This document shows positions 1 to 11,574 of a DNA stretch of 64,000 nt, in pieces; the stretch's first letter is position 1; every line of letters starts with the position of its first letter. The position numbers and the translations under genes are program-made. The notes below the pieces were generated by a model, which was not told where the DNA came from, ran no database searches, and worked only from the letters and a program-made list of their open reading frames with translations. Source of the stretch: Macrostomum lignano (Eukaryota); the NCBI GenBank assembly GCA_002269645.1, contig NIVC01000642.1, positions 149,586 to 213,585 on the forward strand. The letters are read 5' to 3'.

Positions 1-516
1 GTTTCATAACTAGCAATTTTCCCGTATTTAGCTTATATTCGCTCCTTACTGGGCGCTCTTTTGGCCTTTGGTAGAATCTGGCGATCTAAAGGGTGGAGAT
101 CCTCCTTCAGCTCCTCCCTGTGTGCGCGCCTGTACTGGTGGTGAACGAACGACCTTGGCCTTCCCGCCACCCCCTCCTCCCTCTCCTGAACCGCTAAGCT
201 TATTAGAGAGAAAGGGGAGGAGAGAGCGAGTCACATGACTGGATTTCCTATTTACAACCCCTCCTATCTCTGTTTTTCTTCTCTCTCCTCTTCTCTCCCC
301 CACTCCCCATTGCCCTTGGCCTGTACTAGTTAGTGCGCCTGCACTGATAAGTGAGTGCCCTCCTGGACCGCGTGACACTACCCGGGCGCTGAATCCCGTT
401 TCATCGCATCCCATTCTATGCCATCCCACGCAAAATTTCTTTTTTTTTTTGCTTAGCATTTCCGCTTTCTAGTGTAGTGCAATTTGCTTTTTTTCTTAGT
501 TACTTTTTGCTTAGGC

Positions 517-600
517 CATGGGGTCGGCAAGCTCTGTCCGCGGACCACATGCGGCCCTCAAAGCCTCTCTATTCGGTCCTCGGGCCTTTAAAACTTCACA
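517..600 (+). mobile_element. Possible hAT/Charlie-like MITE terminus (single end)
   Basis: catggggtcggcaagc...gcggaccacatgcggccc resembles Charlie-type termini (CAGGGGTCGGCAAAC...GGGCCACATGCGGCCC). No partner TIR or TSD was found. Confidence 0.3.
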
Positions 601-619
601 ATAGCAATGTGACCCGCTT

Positions 620-1130
620 AAGGTTTGTGTCTCTTCTCAGCTGTCCCCTCTTCTCCCCTCTCATCCCTCGCCTCTCTTCTCTTCTCTCTTTCCTCTCTTC
701 TCTCCTCTCTTCCGTCTCCCCTCTTCTCTCTCATCCCTCCCCTCTCTTCTCCTCTTCTCTCTTCTCCTCTCCCCTCTTCTCTCTCCCCTCTCCCCTCTCC
801 CCTCTCCTCTCTTCTCTCTCGTCTGCTCCCTCCCCTCCCATCTCTTCTCTTCTCTCTTTCCTCTCTTCTCTCCTCTCTTCCGTCTCCCCTCTTCTCTCTC
901 ATCCCTCCCCTCTCTTCTCCTCTTCTCTCTTCTCCTCTCCCCTCTTCTCTCTCCCCTCTCCCCTCTCCCCTCTCCCCTCTCCTCTCTTCTCTCTCGTCTG
1001 CTCCCTCCCCTCCCATCTCTTCTCTCATCTCTCCGTTTTCTCTCTTCTCATCCCTCTCGTCTTTTTCTTCCTCACTTCTCTCATCTTTCTACTTCTCTCT
1101 CCTCTATTCCCTCTCCTTTCCACTCTCACC
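620..1130. repeat. CT-rich low-complexity tract with internal duplications
   Basis: Almost pure C/T on the + strand (ctcttctct, ccctctc). It explains ORFs 477..1133, 618..1028 and 625..1296. Confidence 0.9.
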
Positions 1131-1451
1131 TGACCATGATCTTAGGCTTAGGCTCCAAAATATACACAAAAAACTAAAAAAAAAACATTTCGCTTCAAGG
1201 TTCACTTCCAATTCAGTCTGCAGGCATTTTTATGCTTTTTTAGCTCTTAATTTGGCAATGTTTTCATCTTTTTGGCTTCTCGATTTTGGCTTTTAGATTC
1301 AAGCACGATCAAGTGCGCATACCAGCTTGATATGCATATTGGTTGTCTCATATAAATAAGACAGTGTTCTTCTACTGTTGATTTTGTAAAAGTATGTCGC
1401 TAATGTTTTTTTGAAGCGATTTTGGGCCATTCAATTAATTTGTATAGAATG

Positions 1452-2175
1452 TGGTAAATTTGGTATCGGTAGGAGTAGAGTGTGGTAAATTTGGTATCGG
1501 TAGGAGTAGAGTGTGGTAAATTTGGGATCAGTAGGAGTAGAGTGTGGTAAATTTCGGATCGGTAGGAGTAGTGTGGTAAATTTGGGATCAGTAGGAGTAG
1601 AGTGTGGTGAATTTGGGATCAGTAGGAGTAGAGTGTGGTGAATTTGGGATCGGTAGGAGTAGAGTGTGGTAAATTTGGGATCGGTAGGAGTAGAGTGTGG
1701 TAAATTTGGGATCGGTAGGAGTAGTGTGGTAAATTTGGGATCAGTAGGAGTAGAGTGTGGTGAATTTGGGATCAGTAGGAGTAGAGTGTGGTGAATTTGG
1801 GATCGGTAGGAGTAGAGTGTGGTAAATTTGGGATCAGTAGGAGTAGAGTGTGGTGAATTTGGGATCAGTAGGAGTAGAGTGTGGTGAATTTGGGATCGGT
1901 AGGAGTAGAGTGTGGTAAATTTGGTATCGGTAGGAGTAGAGTGTGGTAAATTTGGTATCGGTAGGAGTAGAGTGTGGTAAATTTGGTATCTGTAGGAGTA
2001 GAGTGTGGTAAATTTGGGATCGGTAGGAGTAGTGTGGTAAATTTGGGATCAGTAGGAGTAGAGTGTGGTGAATTTGGGATCAGTAGGAGTAGAGTGTGGT
2101 GAATTTGGGATCGGTAGGAGTAGAGTGTGGTAAATTTGGGATCGGTAGGAGTAGAGTGTGGTAAATTTGGGATCA
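1452..2175. repeat. 31-bp minisatellite (GGTAGGAGTAGAGTGTGGTAAATTTGGGATC)n, probably intronic
   Basis: Direct 31-bp periodicity, about 23 copies, ending ~120 nt upstream of the acceptor at 2295. Confidence 0.95.
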
Positions 2176-2295
2176 GGTGTGGGATCTCTGCAGTTAGTAC
2201 TTGTTTTGTTAAAGGATCAGTGGGTACATTGAGTTGGTGTGCAAGCGGCATTTAATGGCTACATATTGCTGCCCCTTATCGCCTCTCCGCCTCAG

Positions 2296-5200
2296 GCTTC
2301 GCCGACTTCCGCGGCGACAAGCTGATCTTAGTGATTGCCAGCAACGCCGCCAAGCGCCGTATCGAACTGCGCATCGAAGATCCGGCCGCGTTGCGAGTGC
2401 CGTTGGAAATTTTCCACAACCTGCACCAGCCAGACGGCCTGAGCATCGGCAGCCCCCTGCCGCCAGGCCAGCAACTGACGGTGAATCGCTTCAGCCGTAG
2501 CATAGCCGGGCTGAATGACATCCTGAGCGAGATGGGCCGGCTTAGACCTGCTGCCTACGTCGGCGCCATCCTGGTGATCCCATATACCAATGCCGTTCCC
2601 GAGGCCAGGTTTAGCCGCGTTGCCGGCCGCTATCCCAGCCCGCCGCATGTTGACTCCGAGGCGGCCTGTCAGAGCCGCTCTAACTACAAGATGCTGCAGC
2701 CGTTGTTGCGGCATTTTGCCCAGGTTGCCAGACAGCCAGTCCCTGTGCAACTGTTCGACACTCGCAGCCAGATGGCCCAGCCGTTCTGCCGCCTCCAGCC
2801 CGATGCTACTATTATTGCTCTGCATTTTATCAATGGCGAACCGTTGGTTGCTATGGCAACTATTATTGTCAGCTTGATTGGCAGCGAGTCCACTTTAGTC
2901 CTGCTGGCCGATTGGGGCGCCGCCTGTCCGCGCCGATTGCGACTGCGCGCCGATAATTCTCTGTTGGCGCCCAGCACCGCCGCTGGTCCCAATGCCAGTC
3001 TGACCGTACGGCACAACTGCGCTGATGACACCGAGATCTGGGCCGAGTCCAACCTGCTAGACTCTGTCGGTGACCGAGTTCGAATCGAGTCGGTGCCCGA
3101 GCTGAGTCTGGCTAGTATTCGTTCGACTGGCCGGCTGCTGCGACATTTTATGATTCAATCGGGGCGTTTCAGGAATAGCGATGTGAGTAACGTTTAGCTG
3201 TGGGGCAGCAACTCGTTGCTGTTTTAGATTTTTTAGAAATGTTGGATGTTTTAGATTAGATGTTTAGGCTTCAAACTGAATCTTACCACCCCTTACTGAA
3301 ATCTCACCACCCCTTACTGAAATCTCACCACCCCTTACTGAAATCTCACCACCCCTTACTGAAATCTCACCACCCCTTACTGAAATCTCACCACCCCTTA
3401 CTGAAATCTCACCACCCCTTACTGGAATCTCACCATCCCACAGTGGAATCTCACCACCCCTAACTGGAATCTCACCATCCTACAGTGGAATCTCAACACC
3501 CCTTACTGGAATCTCGCCACCCCTTACTCGAATCTCACCATCCCACAGTGAAATCTCACCACCCTTACTGGAATCTCACCATCCCACAGTGGAATCTCAA
3601 CACCCCTTACTCGAATCTCACCACTCCTTCCTTGAATCTCATACCGTTTACTGGAATCTCGCCACTCCTGACTGGAATCTCATTATACCACTAGAATCTC
3701 AATATCCAACTGGAATCTCATTATACCCACTAGAATCTCACTATCCAACTGGAATCGCCCTATCCAAACTGGAATCTCACTATGCCTACGGGAATCTCAC
3801 TATCCAACTGGAATCTCACTATGCCTAGGGGAATCTCACTATCCAACTGGAATCTCACTATGCCTACGAAAATCTCACTATCCAACTGGAATCTCACTAT
3901 CCAACTGGAATCTCACTATCCAACTGGAATCTCACTATGCCTAGGGGAATCTCACTATCCAACTGGAATCTCACTATCCAACTGGAATCTCACTATCCAA
4001 CTGGAATCTCACTATCCAACTGGAATCTCACTATGCCTAGGGGAATCTCACTATCCAACTGGAATCTCACTATCCAACTGGAATCTCACTATCCAACTGG
4101 AATCTCACTATCCAACTGGAATCTCACTATCCAACTGGAATCTCACTATCCAACTGGAATCTCACTATCCAACTGGAATCTCACTATCCAACCGGAATCT
4201 CACTATCCAACTGTAATCTCACTATCCAACTGGAATCTCACTATCCAACTGGAATCTCACTATCCAACTGGAATCTCACTATCCAACTGGAATCTCACTA
4301 TCCAACTGGAATCTCACTATCTAACTGGAATCTCACTATCCAACTGGAATCTCACTATCCAATTGGAATCTCACTATCTAACTCGAATCTCACTATCTAA
4401 CTGGAATCTCACTATCCAACCAGAATCTCACTATCCAACTGGAATCTCACTATCCAACTGGAATCTCACTATCTAACTGGAATCTCACTATCCAACTGGA
4501 ATCTCACTATCCAATTGGAATCTCACTATCTAACTGGAATCTCACTATCCAACTGGAATCTCACTATCCAACTGGAATCTCACTATCCAACTGGAATCTC
4601 ACTATCTAACTGGAATCTCACTATCCAACTGGAATCTCACTATCCAATTGGAATCTCACTATCTAACTCGAATCTCACTATCTAACTGGAATCTCACTAT
4701 CCAACCAGAATCTCACTATCCAACTGTAATCTCACTATCCAACCAGAATCTCACTATCCAACTGTAATCTCACTATCCAACTGGAATCTCACTATCCAAC
4801 TGGAATCTCACTATCTAACTGGAATCTCACTATCCAACTGGAATCTCACTATCCAACTGGAATCTCACTATCCAACTCGAATCTCACTATCCAACTGGAA
4901 TCTCACTATCCAACTGGAATCTCACTATCCAACTCGAATCTCACTATCCAACTCGAATCTCACTATCCAACTGGAATCTCACTATCCAACTGGAATCTCA
5001 CTATCCAACTCGAATCTCACTATCCAACTGGAATCTCACTATCCAACTGGAATCTCACTATCCAACTCGAATCTCACTATCCAACTGGAATCTCACTATC
5101 CAACTCGAATCTCACTATCCAACTGGAATCTCACTATCCAACTTGAATCTCACTATCCAACTGGAATCTCACTATCCAACTGGAATCTCACTATCCAACT

Positions 5201-7541
5201 CGAATCTCACTATCCAACTGGAATCTCACTATCCAACTGGAATCTCACTATCCAACTGGAATCTCACTATCCAACTCGAATCTCACTATCCAACTGGAAT
5301 CTCACTATCCAACTTGAATCTCACTATCCAACTGGAATCTCACTATCCAACTGGAATCTCACTATCCAACTGGAATCTCACTATCCAACTTGAATCTCAC
5401 TATCCAACTGGAATCTCACTATCCAACTTGAATCTCACTATCCAACTGGAATCTCACTATCCAACTTGAATCTCACTATGCCTAAGGGAATCTCGCCACC
5501 CCTAACTACATGTAAAGTAAGTCTCACCGTCGCAGCCCCCGCGCCCCACTTACACAACAGAGCGAGATCACTTTCGACGTGCAATTCAACCAGTGGGTCT
5601 TCAGGCCGATGGCCGCCCTGCAGACCAAGCGAATAGTCAGCGGCTTCACTGCGGACTCGGCCCTTGTGCACCTGGATAAATCCGTGCTGAACAACTGCAC
5701 GCACGGGCTGACCAACCTGTCCATCGGTGACTGTCCGCTAATTGACAACGGCACGCATCTCCACCGGCTGCTGCCCACAGTGGGGCTGCTCAGCGCCTGT
5801 CGGATGAGGCGTAGCGGCAACCACATGCTTGCCACTCTGTCAGCCAGCGTCCAGCTGCCCAGCAATGCCGGGCAATTCCTCATCTCGCTGCCATTCTCCT
5901 GGACTCTGCCAGCCGGGATTAGCGCTAATCTGCCCCTGACTGAGCAAACTCGTGACAGTCGCGCTTCGCCAACATCGGCCAGTTCCGCGGCCAGCGCTGC
6001 GCTGGACAAATTTCCATTCCGGCTGACTGTCAGCCAGCTGCTGTTGGATGGCCACTCCAGAGCGATTGAACTGCAATCAACAAGATTGGAATATTTGTAT
6101 AGCGGCGAGCTCATCCATTGCGAGCTGATTGTCCGGGGCTGCGGACAGCCGGTTCCGCTCGTGTCCGATGGTTGCACCAGGAGCGGCGCCCTCTGGCTCG
6201 GCCCGGGCGTCGCCGTGCCGCTGCTCCGACTGCCGTCCTCGCTGCCATCCAGGGTCTGCAGCGGCAGCGGCACCCGGATGGCCGTCGTCGCCTGCCGACT
6301 GGCCGTCTGCCGACTGGCCGAGCCTGAGCTAGCTGGCTTGACATCCGACGAGGCCGTTGCTATGGGAATGCGGCGCTGTCGGCCGCAGGGCGAGGCTTGC
6401 GGCGAGGCTGCTGGACGAATTGCTGCTCGGAATCAAAGTCGCTTGGTTTTGGTGAGGGTCATACGCTAATTCTCCAACTCTCCTGACACATCGCCATTCT
6501 CAAATCCCATCCGCTTAGCATCGCCATTGAATGAGATCTCACCCTCTTGGCACTGTCAGTCGATGAGATCTCACCCTCTTGACATAGTCGATGAGATCTC
6601 ACCCTCTTGACATAGTCAACGAGATCTCACCCTCTTGAGATGGGCAATGAGATCTATCACCCTCCTGACACTGTCAGTCAATGAGATATGACCCTCTTGA
6701 CACTGTCAGTCGATGAGATCTCACCCTTTCGACACTGTCAGTCGATGAGATCTCACCCTTTCGACACTGTCAGTCGATGAGATCTCACCCTTTCGACACT
6801 GTCAGTCGATGAGATCTCACCCTTTCGACACTGTCAGTCGATGAGATCTCACCCTTTTGACACTGTACGAACACCTAAACACGTACCAACTGTTACAATC
6901 ATAAATGATCAGTTATAATCCTACAGTCTGATTTCCACCGCCATCAGAGCCGCAATCTGCCGCTGCTGTCACTGGAAACCGAGGCCCTGCCGTTGAGCAC
7001 ATTGTTTGCCGGTGCCAATGCGTCAGTTGTTAACCATGCCAATAAGCACCAAGCCGCCACCGACGCGCCTCCGGCAGTTGCTGCCGAAGTTATTTCATCA
7101 ACCCATGCCACAATGCTGGCAGCGTCGATGACTGCGGCTCAGCCTACTGCGGAGCCCCGACCGGGCACTGAGACCCCGCGGCTTAGCCAGAGTGCCGCGG
7201 CTAAACCGGACAGACCAGCCTACCAACTGTGGTCGCATCTGCTAGCAGCCGTATTGGCTTTCATTGTAGGCATTGGCACCATGGCGTCGCTCTGGGCTAT
7301 TGTACATCGCCTGCGTTGGCAGCGTCGTCGGCATCGGCGACAGCTTCGCGAGTGTCGCTGCAGCAGCAGCAGCAACAGCGGCGGCGGCGGAGGCGGCGGC
7401 TGCGCTGTTGCCAAATCTTCAGCTGATCCTCTGCTCCGCTTGGGTGGCGGTGGCGGCGGCGCAGGCGGCGGAGGCCATTCCTGCGACTCCTCATCTGGCT
7501 TTGGCGACTGCGGCGGCGGCGGCGGCAGAGCGAAAGTTTAA
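2296..7541 (+). CDS. Betaglycan (TGFBR3)/endoglin-like type I membrane protein: orphan region + ZP domain + TM helix; 5' exon(s) not identified
   Basis: Exons 2296-3182 (ctcag|GC ... GAT|gtgagt), 5561-6451 (acaacag|AGC ... TTG|gtgagg) and 6948-7541 (catcag|AGC, alternative acceptor 6927; stop TAA). Both internal introns are phase 0. ZP-like motifs: LVHLDKS, CPLIDNGTHL, LSACRMR, PLVSDGC, VVACRLAVC, CRPQGEAC. TM segment LLAAVLAFIVGIGTMASLWAIV is followed by the basic stop-transfer HRLRWQRRRHRR. Confidence 0.7.
3275..5475. repeat. Intronic minisatellite: 21-bp unit (CTGAAATCTCACCACCCCTTA) grading into a 19-bp unit (CCAACTGGAATCTCACTAT)
   Basis: Periodicity read directly. It fills most of intron 3183-5560 and explains ORFs 3260-5469. 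Confidence 0.95.
6530..6865. repeat. 32-bp intronic minisatellite (GATGAGATCTCACCCTYTYGACACTGTCAGTC)n
   Basis: About 10 copies inside intron 6452-6947. Confidence 0.9.
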
Positions 7542-7689
7542 AACTGAGGGCTCTAGAGGGAGGGATGGCCTATCTGTGCAAGTGTAGAGCATTATTATTA
7601 TTACATGATGAGGCGCTACTCTATATAATAGCGCCACCTTTTGCTCATTTGAAGATCATATGTTTGATCTATTTGATCATATCGATTAG

Positions 7690-8130
7690 ATCTCGACACT
7701 TGGCACTGTCAGTCGATGAGATCTCACCCTCTTGACACTGTCAGTCGATGAGATCTCACTCTCTTGGCACTGTCAGTCGATGAGATCTCACTCTCTTGGC
7801 CCTGTCAGTCGATGAGATCTCACCCTCTTGACACTGTCAGTCGATGAGATCTCACTCTCTTGGCACTGTCAGTCGATGAGATCTCACTCTCTTGGCCCTG
7901 TCAGTCGATGAGATCTCACCCTCTTGACACTGTCAGTCGATGAGATCTCATCCTCTTGGCACTGTCAGTCGATGAGATCTCACTCACCCTCTTGGCACTG
8001 TCAGTCGATGAGATCTCACCTCTTAACACTGTCAGTCGATGAGATCTCACCCTCTTGACACTGTCAGTCGATGAGATCTCACCCTCTTGACACTGTCAGT
8101 CGATGAGATCTCACCCTCTTGACACTGACT
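7690..8130. repeat. Second array of the same 32-bp minisatellite, 3' of the stop codon
   Basis: Same unit as 6530-6865, about 13 copies. Confidence 0.9.
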
Positions 8131-10014
8131 CTTGATCTCGAAAGTTTAAACTGAGGGCTCTAGAGGGAGGGATGGCTTATATGTGCAAATGTAGAACATT
8201 ATTATTATTACATGATGAGGCGTTAACCTATAAAAATAGCGCACTCGCAATCTGGCGATTCCCATTCATTGTGACTACCTCTTAGGTCTGTTTAGTATTT
8301 GAATTTGTTTGTTCTTAGGCGAGTAGTAATTGTGTGCAAGTGTACAGTAGTTGTTGTGTTAGATGTGTTGTACATAACAAAGGGTGATTTTTCAACTAAA
8401 CCTACCGATATGTCAGCTTCTAGTCTATCTGTCTGTCTGTCTGGCTTATGCCACGCGTTCTGTCTCCAAATCGTTATTCCAGGCTAAAAAACTGTTTCAT
8501 TGCTCACTAATCAGTGCAGGTAAACCATTTTTAACGGTTAGAAATCTTTCTAATTTGAAGTTCCGATCAGGGTTTTGAACAGTAGGTTAGTGATTTTGTG
8601 AGAAATAGTGAATTGTTCTTGCTGTGCATCATTCTGTTCCATCCGATTAATTATGGAGATATTTTTATGCAAAGCAGCGGCGCGTCTTTTCCTTTTTCCC
8701 TCCAATGATTAACAGCTTCTGGATACCCCATAGGGGGCCAAACAAGTCAAAGAAATATTGAACGGCTTGGTCTCAAGGGGAGAGAAAATAACCCTAAGAC
8801 AGCGGCGCGTGACTTGTCCGGCTTTCTGACTTGACCACGTTTTGTCCTCTGGGATTTAACCCCCCCCCTCCCCCTCACTTGCCGCTTTGAGGCAGTTCCG
8901 GCACTTGCTTGACTACAAGTGATTAGGGAGTGAATGTTAAGCAAAGCTGCCGTATTGAAATAATTACAGCTTTTTTATTTGCGTAAAAATGCAATTTAAA
9001 CACACTTCTGCAGGGCTCCTAAATCACTAACTGCCTCAGTATATTAATTGTACTTTAAATTTTCTTGCTTTTATTGCTTCTCTGCTTGCCTGTTATAAAG
9101 TTGTCAAATTTTAATAGGGACTCAAACTTGACTAAGTTTTTTACGCTTCAAAAATCATATTTTTCTGTTCGAATAATTCTTTAATTATGTAAAAATCTAT
9201 AAATCTTACAATTGCTTTGTTTCTTGTCTTGTAAATTTTATATTGTCTGCAACTGTGCACTACTTACTTGACTAACAGTAGTATATATTGTATGCAAACC
9301 CGGCAATTCGCCGCAGCGTAACAATCAGGGATTTATTGTTTCATTTTTTCACCTGTCGATATCGGATTTGAAAAGAGGATTGTACACCAAGCACCCGCTC
9401 CCCAAGCCGCTGTGTATGTTTCATTCAACCCATAATTTTCCATTTCAATTTGTTTCTGTACAGGCCTGTACGCATCGTTGTCTTATATTGTCTTATAATT
9501 ATGCAATTGATGTGTAGCCCGTATGTACTTTTCCCATAATAATCCTCTGCTGTTGCATAGGAATCTACCTCGGTTTTTGCCAGGCATAGCAACAAGCTGG
9601 ATATCAAGTCGAGCTGAATTCCAGTGATCTATTTTTCAAATAATTATACCCCTACGCCACGTAAGGTTATGCAATTTTTCGAAGTCTACTACTTCTTTGT
9701 CAGAGTAGTAGTATGAAAGCAACACAGTTAAGAACACGTGTTTCAAACTGATTTGTGAGCAGACGATGAAAGGTTTGTTAGCCTAAGATTATGCATTCAA
9801 ATTTATTGCATTACATTACTGGGTCGGCAGAAACGACAAACCGCAAAATAAAATTTCATGTAACAAACTGACAGAATTACCAGAAAACAACGCTGACATA
9901 AGCACAAAATTGAGCATAAAAGTAAGTTAATGTGAATTTTTTGACAACAAATTCCTAATTACACGCGAGATTTAATTGTAGAAATTCAAAAATTTTTATT
10001 CTGGCTGCACGCAC

Positions 10015-10390
10015 AGTATCTATGGGATGGTTGTTGTTTTCGGTATCAATTCGGTAGCTATTCCGTATTTATGGGCCACACCGTTGCTTTTCGGTATCTA
10101 TGGGACACCGTTGCTATTCGGTATCTATGGGACACCGTTGCTATTCGGTATCTATGGGACACCGTTGCTGTTCGGTATCTATGGCCCACACCGTTGCTTT
10201 TCGGTATCTATGGGGCACTATGCTGCTATACGGTATCTATGGAACACCGTTGCTAATGGGACACACCGTTGCTATTCGGTATCTATGGGACACTGACACA
10301 CCGTTGCTATTCGGTCTCTATGGGACACCGTTGCTATTCGGTATCTATGGCACACACCGTTGCTAGCCAGTATCTAGGGGAACATGTTGC
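10015..10390. repeat. 27-bp minisatellite (CGGTATCTATGGGACACCGTTGCTATT)n
   Basis: Direct periodicity; explains ORFs 10027-10463. Confidence 0.9.
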
Positions 10391-10986
10391 TATTCGGTAT
10401 CTGTGCTTTGCCATTGCTAAAAGTGACTACAAAGCAACCAAATTGGTACTAAAGAGGCTTTAACTGAATAAAAAATGCAGTGGCTGATAGCTTAGAGTGA
10501 TAAATTTAAGTGTTGAAAAAGCCGCTAAACTCATTTATAAATAGCTACGAATGCAGCTGCATAACCTGATGAACTTTGCTTAGTGAGATGAGAAATGATT
10601 ATACTGGGCCGTAATAACTAAAATAATGTTTAACAAACGAGTACAGACTGGGTTACTACCAATGATTTCTCGATAAAGAAAAGGCACAACATGTTCTAAT
10701 CAAAGTACTACTGATAAAAGAAAACAGTAGATAAGAGCGCGAGCGCGTCCCCCATTCAAAATATTTAACAATAGATATTCGGTATGCACTACTTACCTGA
10801 GCAAAAAACGCAGGTAAGTAGAAAGTGACGAATAGAAGCAGAAAAAAATTGCGCGGAAATAGAAACTACGAGACAACCAGAAGTAGGAAGCTGCTAGAAC
10901 TGATGGAGTTCCATGCTAAAAATGATACAGATCGCTCTTTAGGTGAATATTTTAATCCAACGTGACAGACAAACTCGATTCCCAAC

Positions 10987-11534
10987 TCAAATCAGCCTGA
11001 GAACCTCGGCCGAGTCCAGGAACACTCGGCCGGAGAAGCCGCCAAGCGCCAGTAGAGAATCGGCGCCGAGCGCCACCAGACCCAGACCGGCGCGCGGCAC
11101 CGCCAGCTGAGCGGAGGACGCCGACAAACAAGAAGCCGATGTCGCTTTCGCCGATGCGGCGAGATTCTCGCAGCCGACCAGCGCCGGCTGATGGCCGTCG
11201 GAGCCGCCGACGAGCCACAGGTCGCCGGGGCCCAGCGAGGCCATGGCGGCGCCGCGCCTCGGACAGGCGAGCGACAGCGGCTGCGACTGCGTCGGCTCAG
11301 CGTCGTCCACGAAGTCGTCATCTGAGGAGGATCCCCGGCCGAGCATCAGGTCGGATGTGACCGGATTGGCGTCCCAGCGGTTGACGCGCGGATCCCACAC
11401 TTCTAGGCTGGCCAGACAGCCGCCGCTCCAGCCGTCCGAGCCGCCGGCAACCCACAGCTGGCCCTGGGATGGCGGATGGGGCAGCTGGGTGTTCGACTGT
11501 CTGTCTGTCTGTCTGTCTGTCTGTCTGCCTGTCA

Positions 11535-11574
<40 letters not shown>

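Noticed and set aside
46-459. ORF 46..459 (-) and a Pro-rich + frame as a possible gag or the missing first exon of the ZP gene
   Set aside because: No recognisable motif, signal peptide or phase-compatible donor.
477-1296. Long Leu/Ser/Pro and Glu/Arg/Gly ORFs
   Set aside because: Translations of a CT/GA low-complexity tract.
3260-5469. Repetitive ORFs and a CRISPR-like appearance of the regular arrays
   Set aside because: Head-to-tail units with no unique spacers, inside a eukaryotic intron, and no cas genes. The same applies to every array in the window.
9425-9607. 60-aa ORF in AT-rich DNA
   Set aside because: No motif or splice support; possibly a decayed transposon but not assignable.
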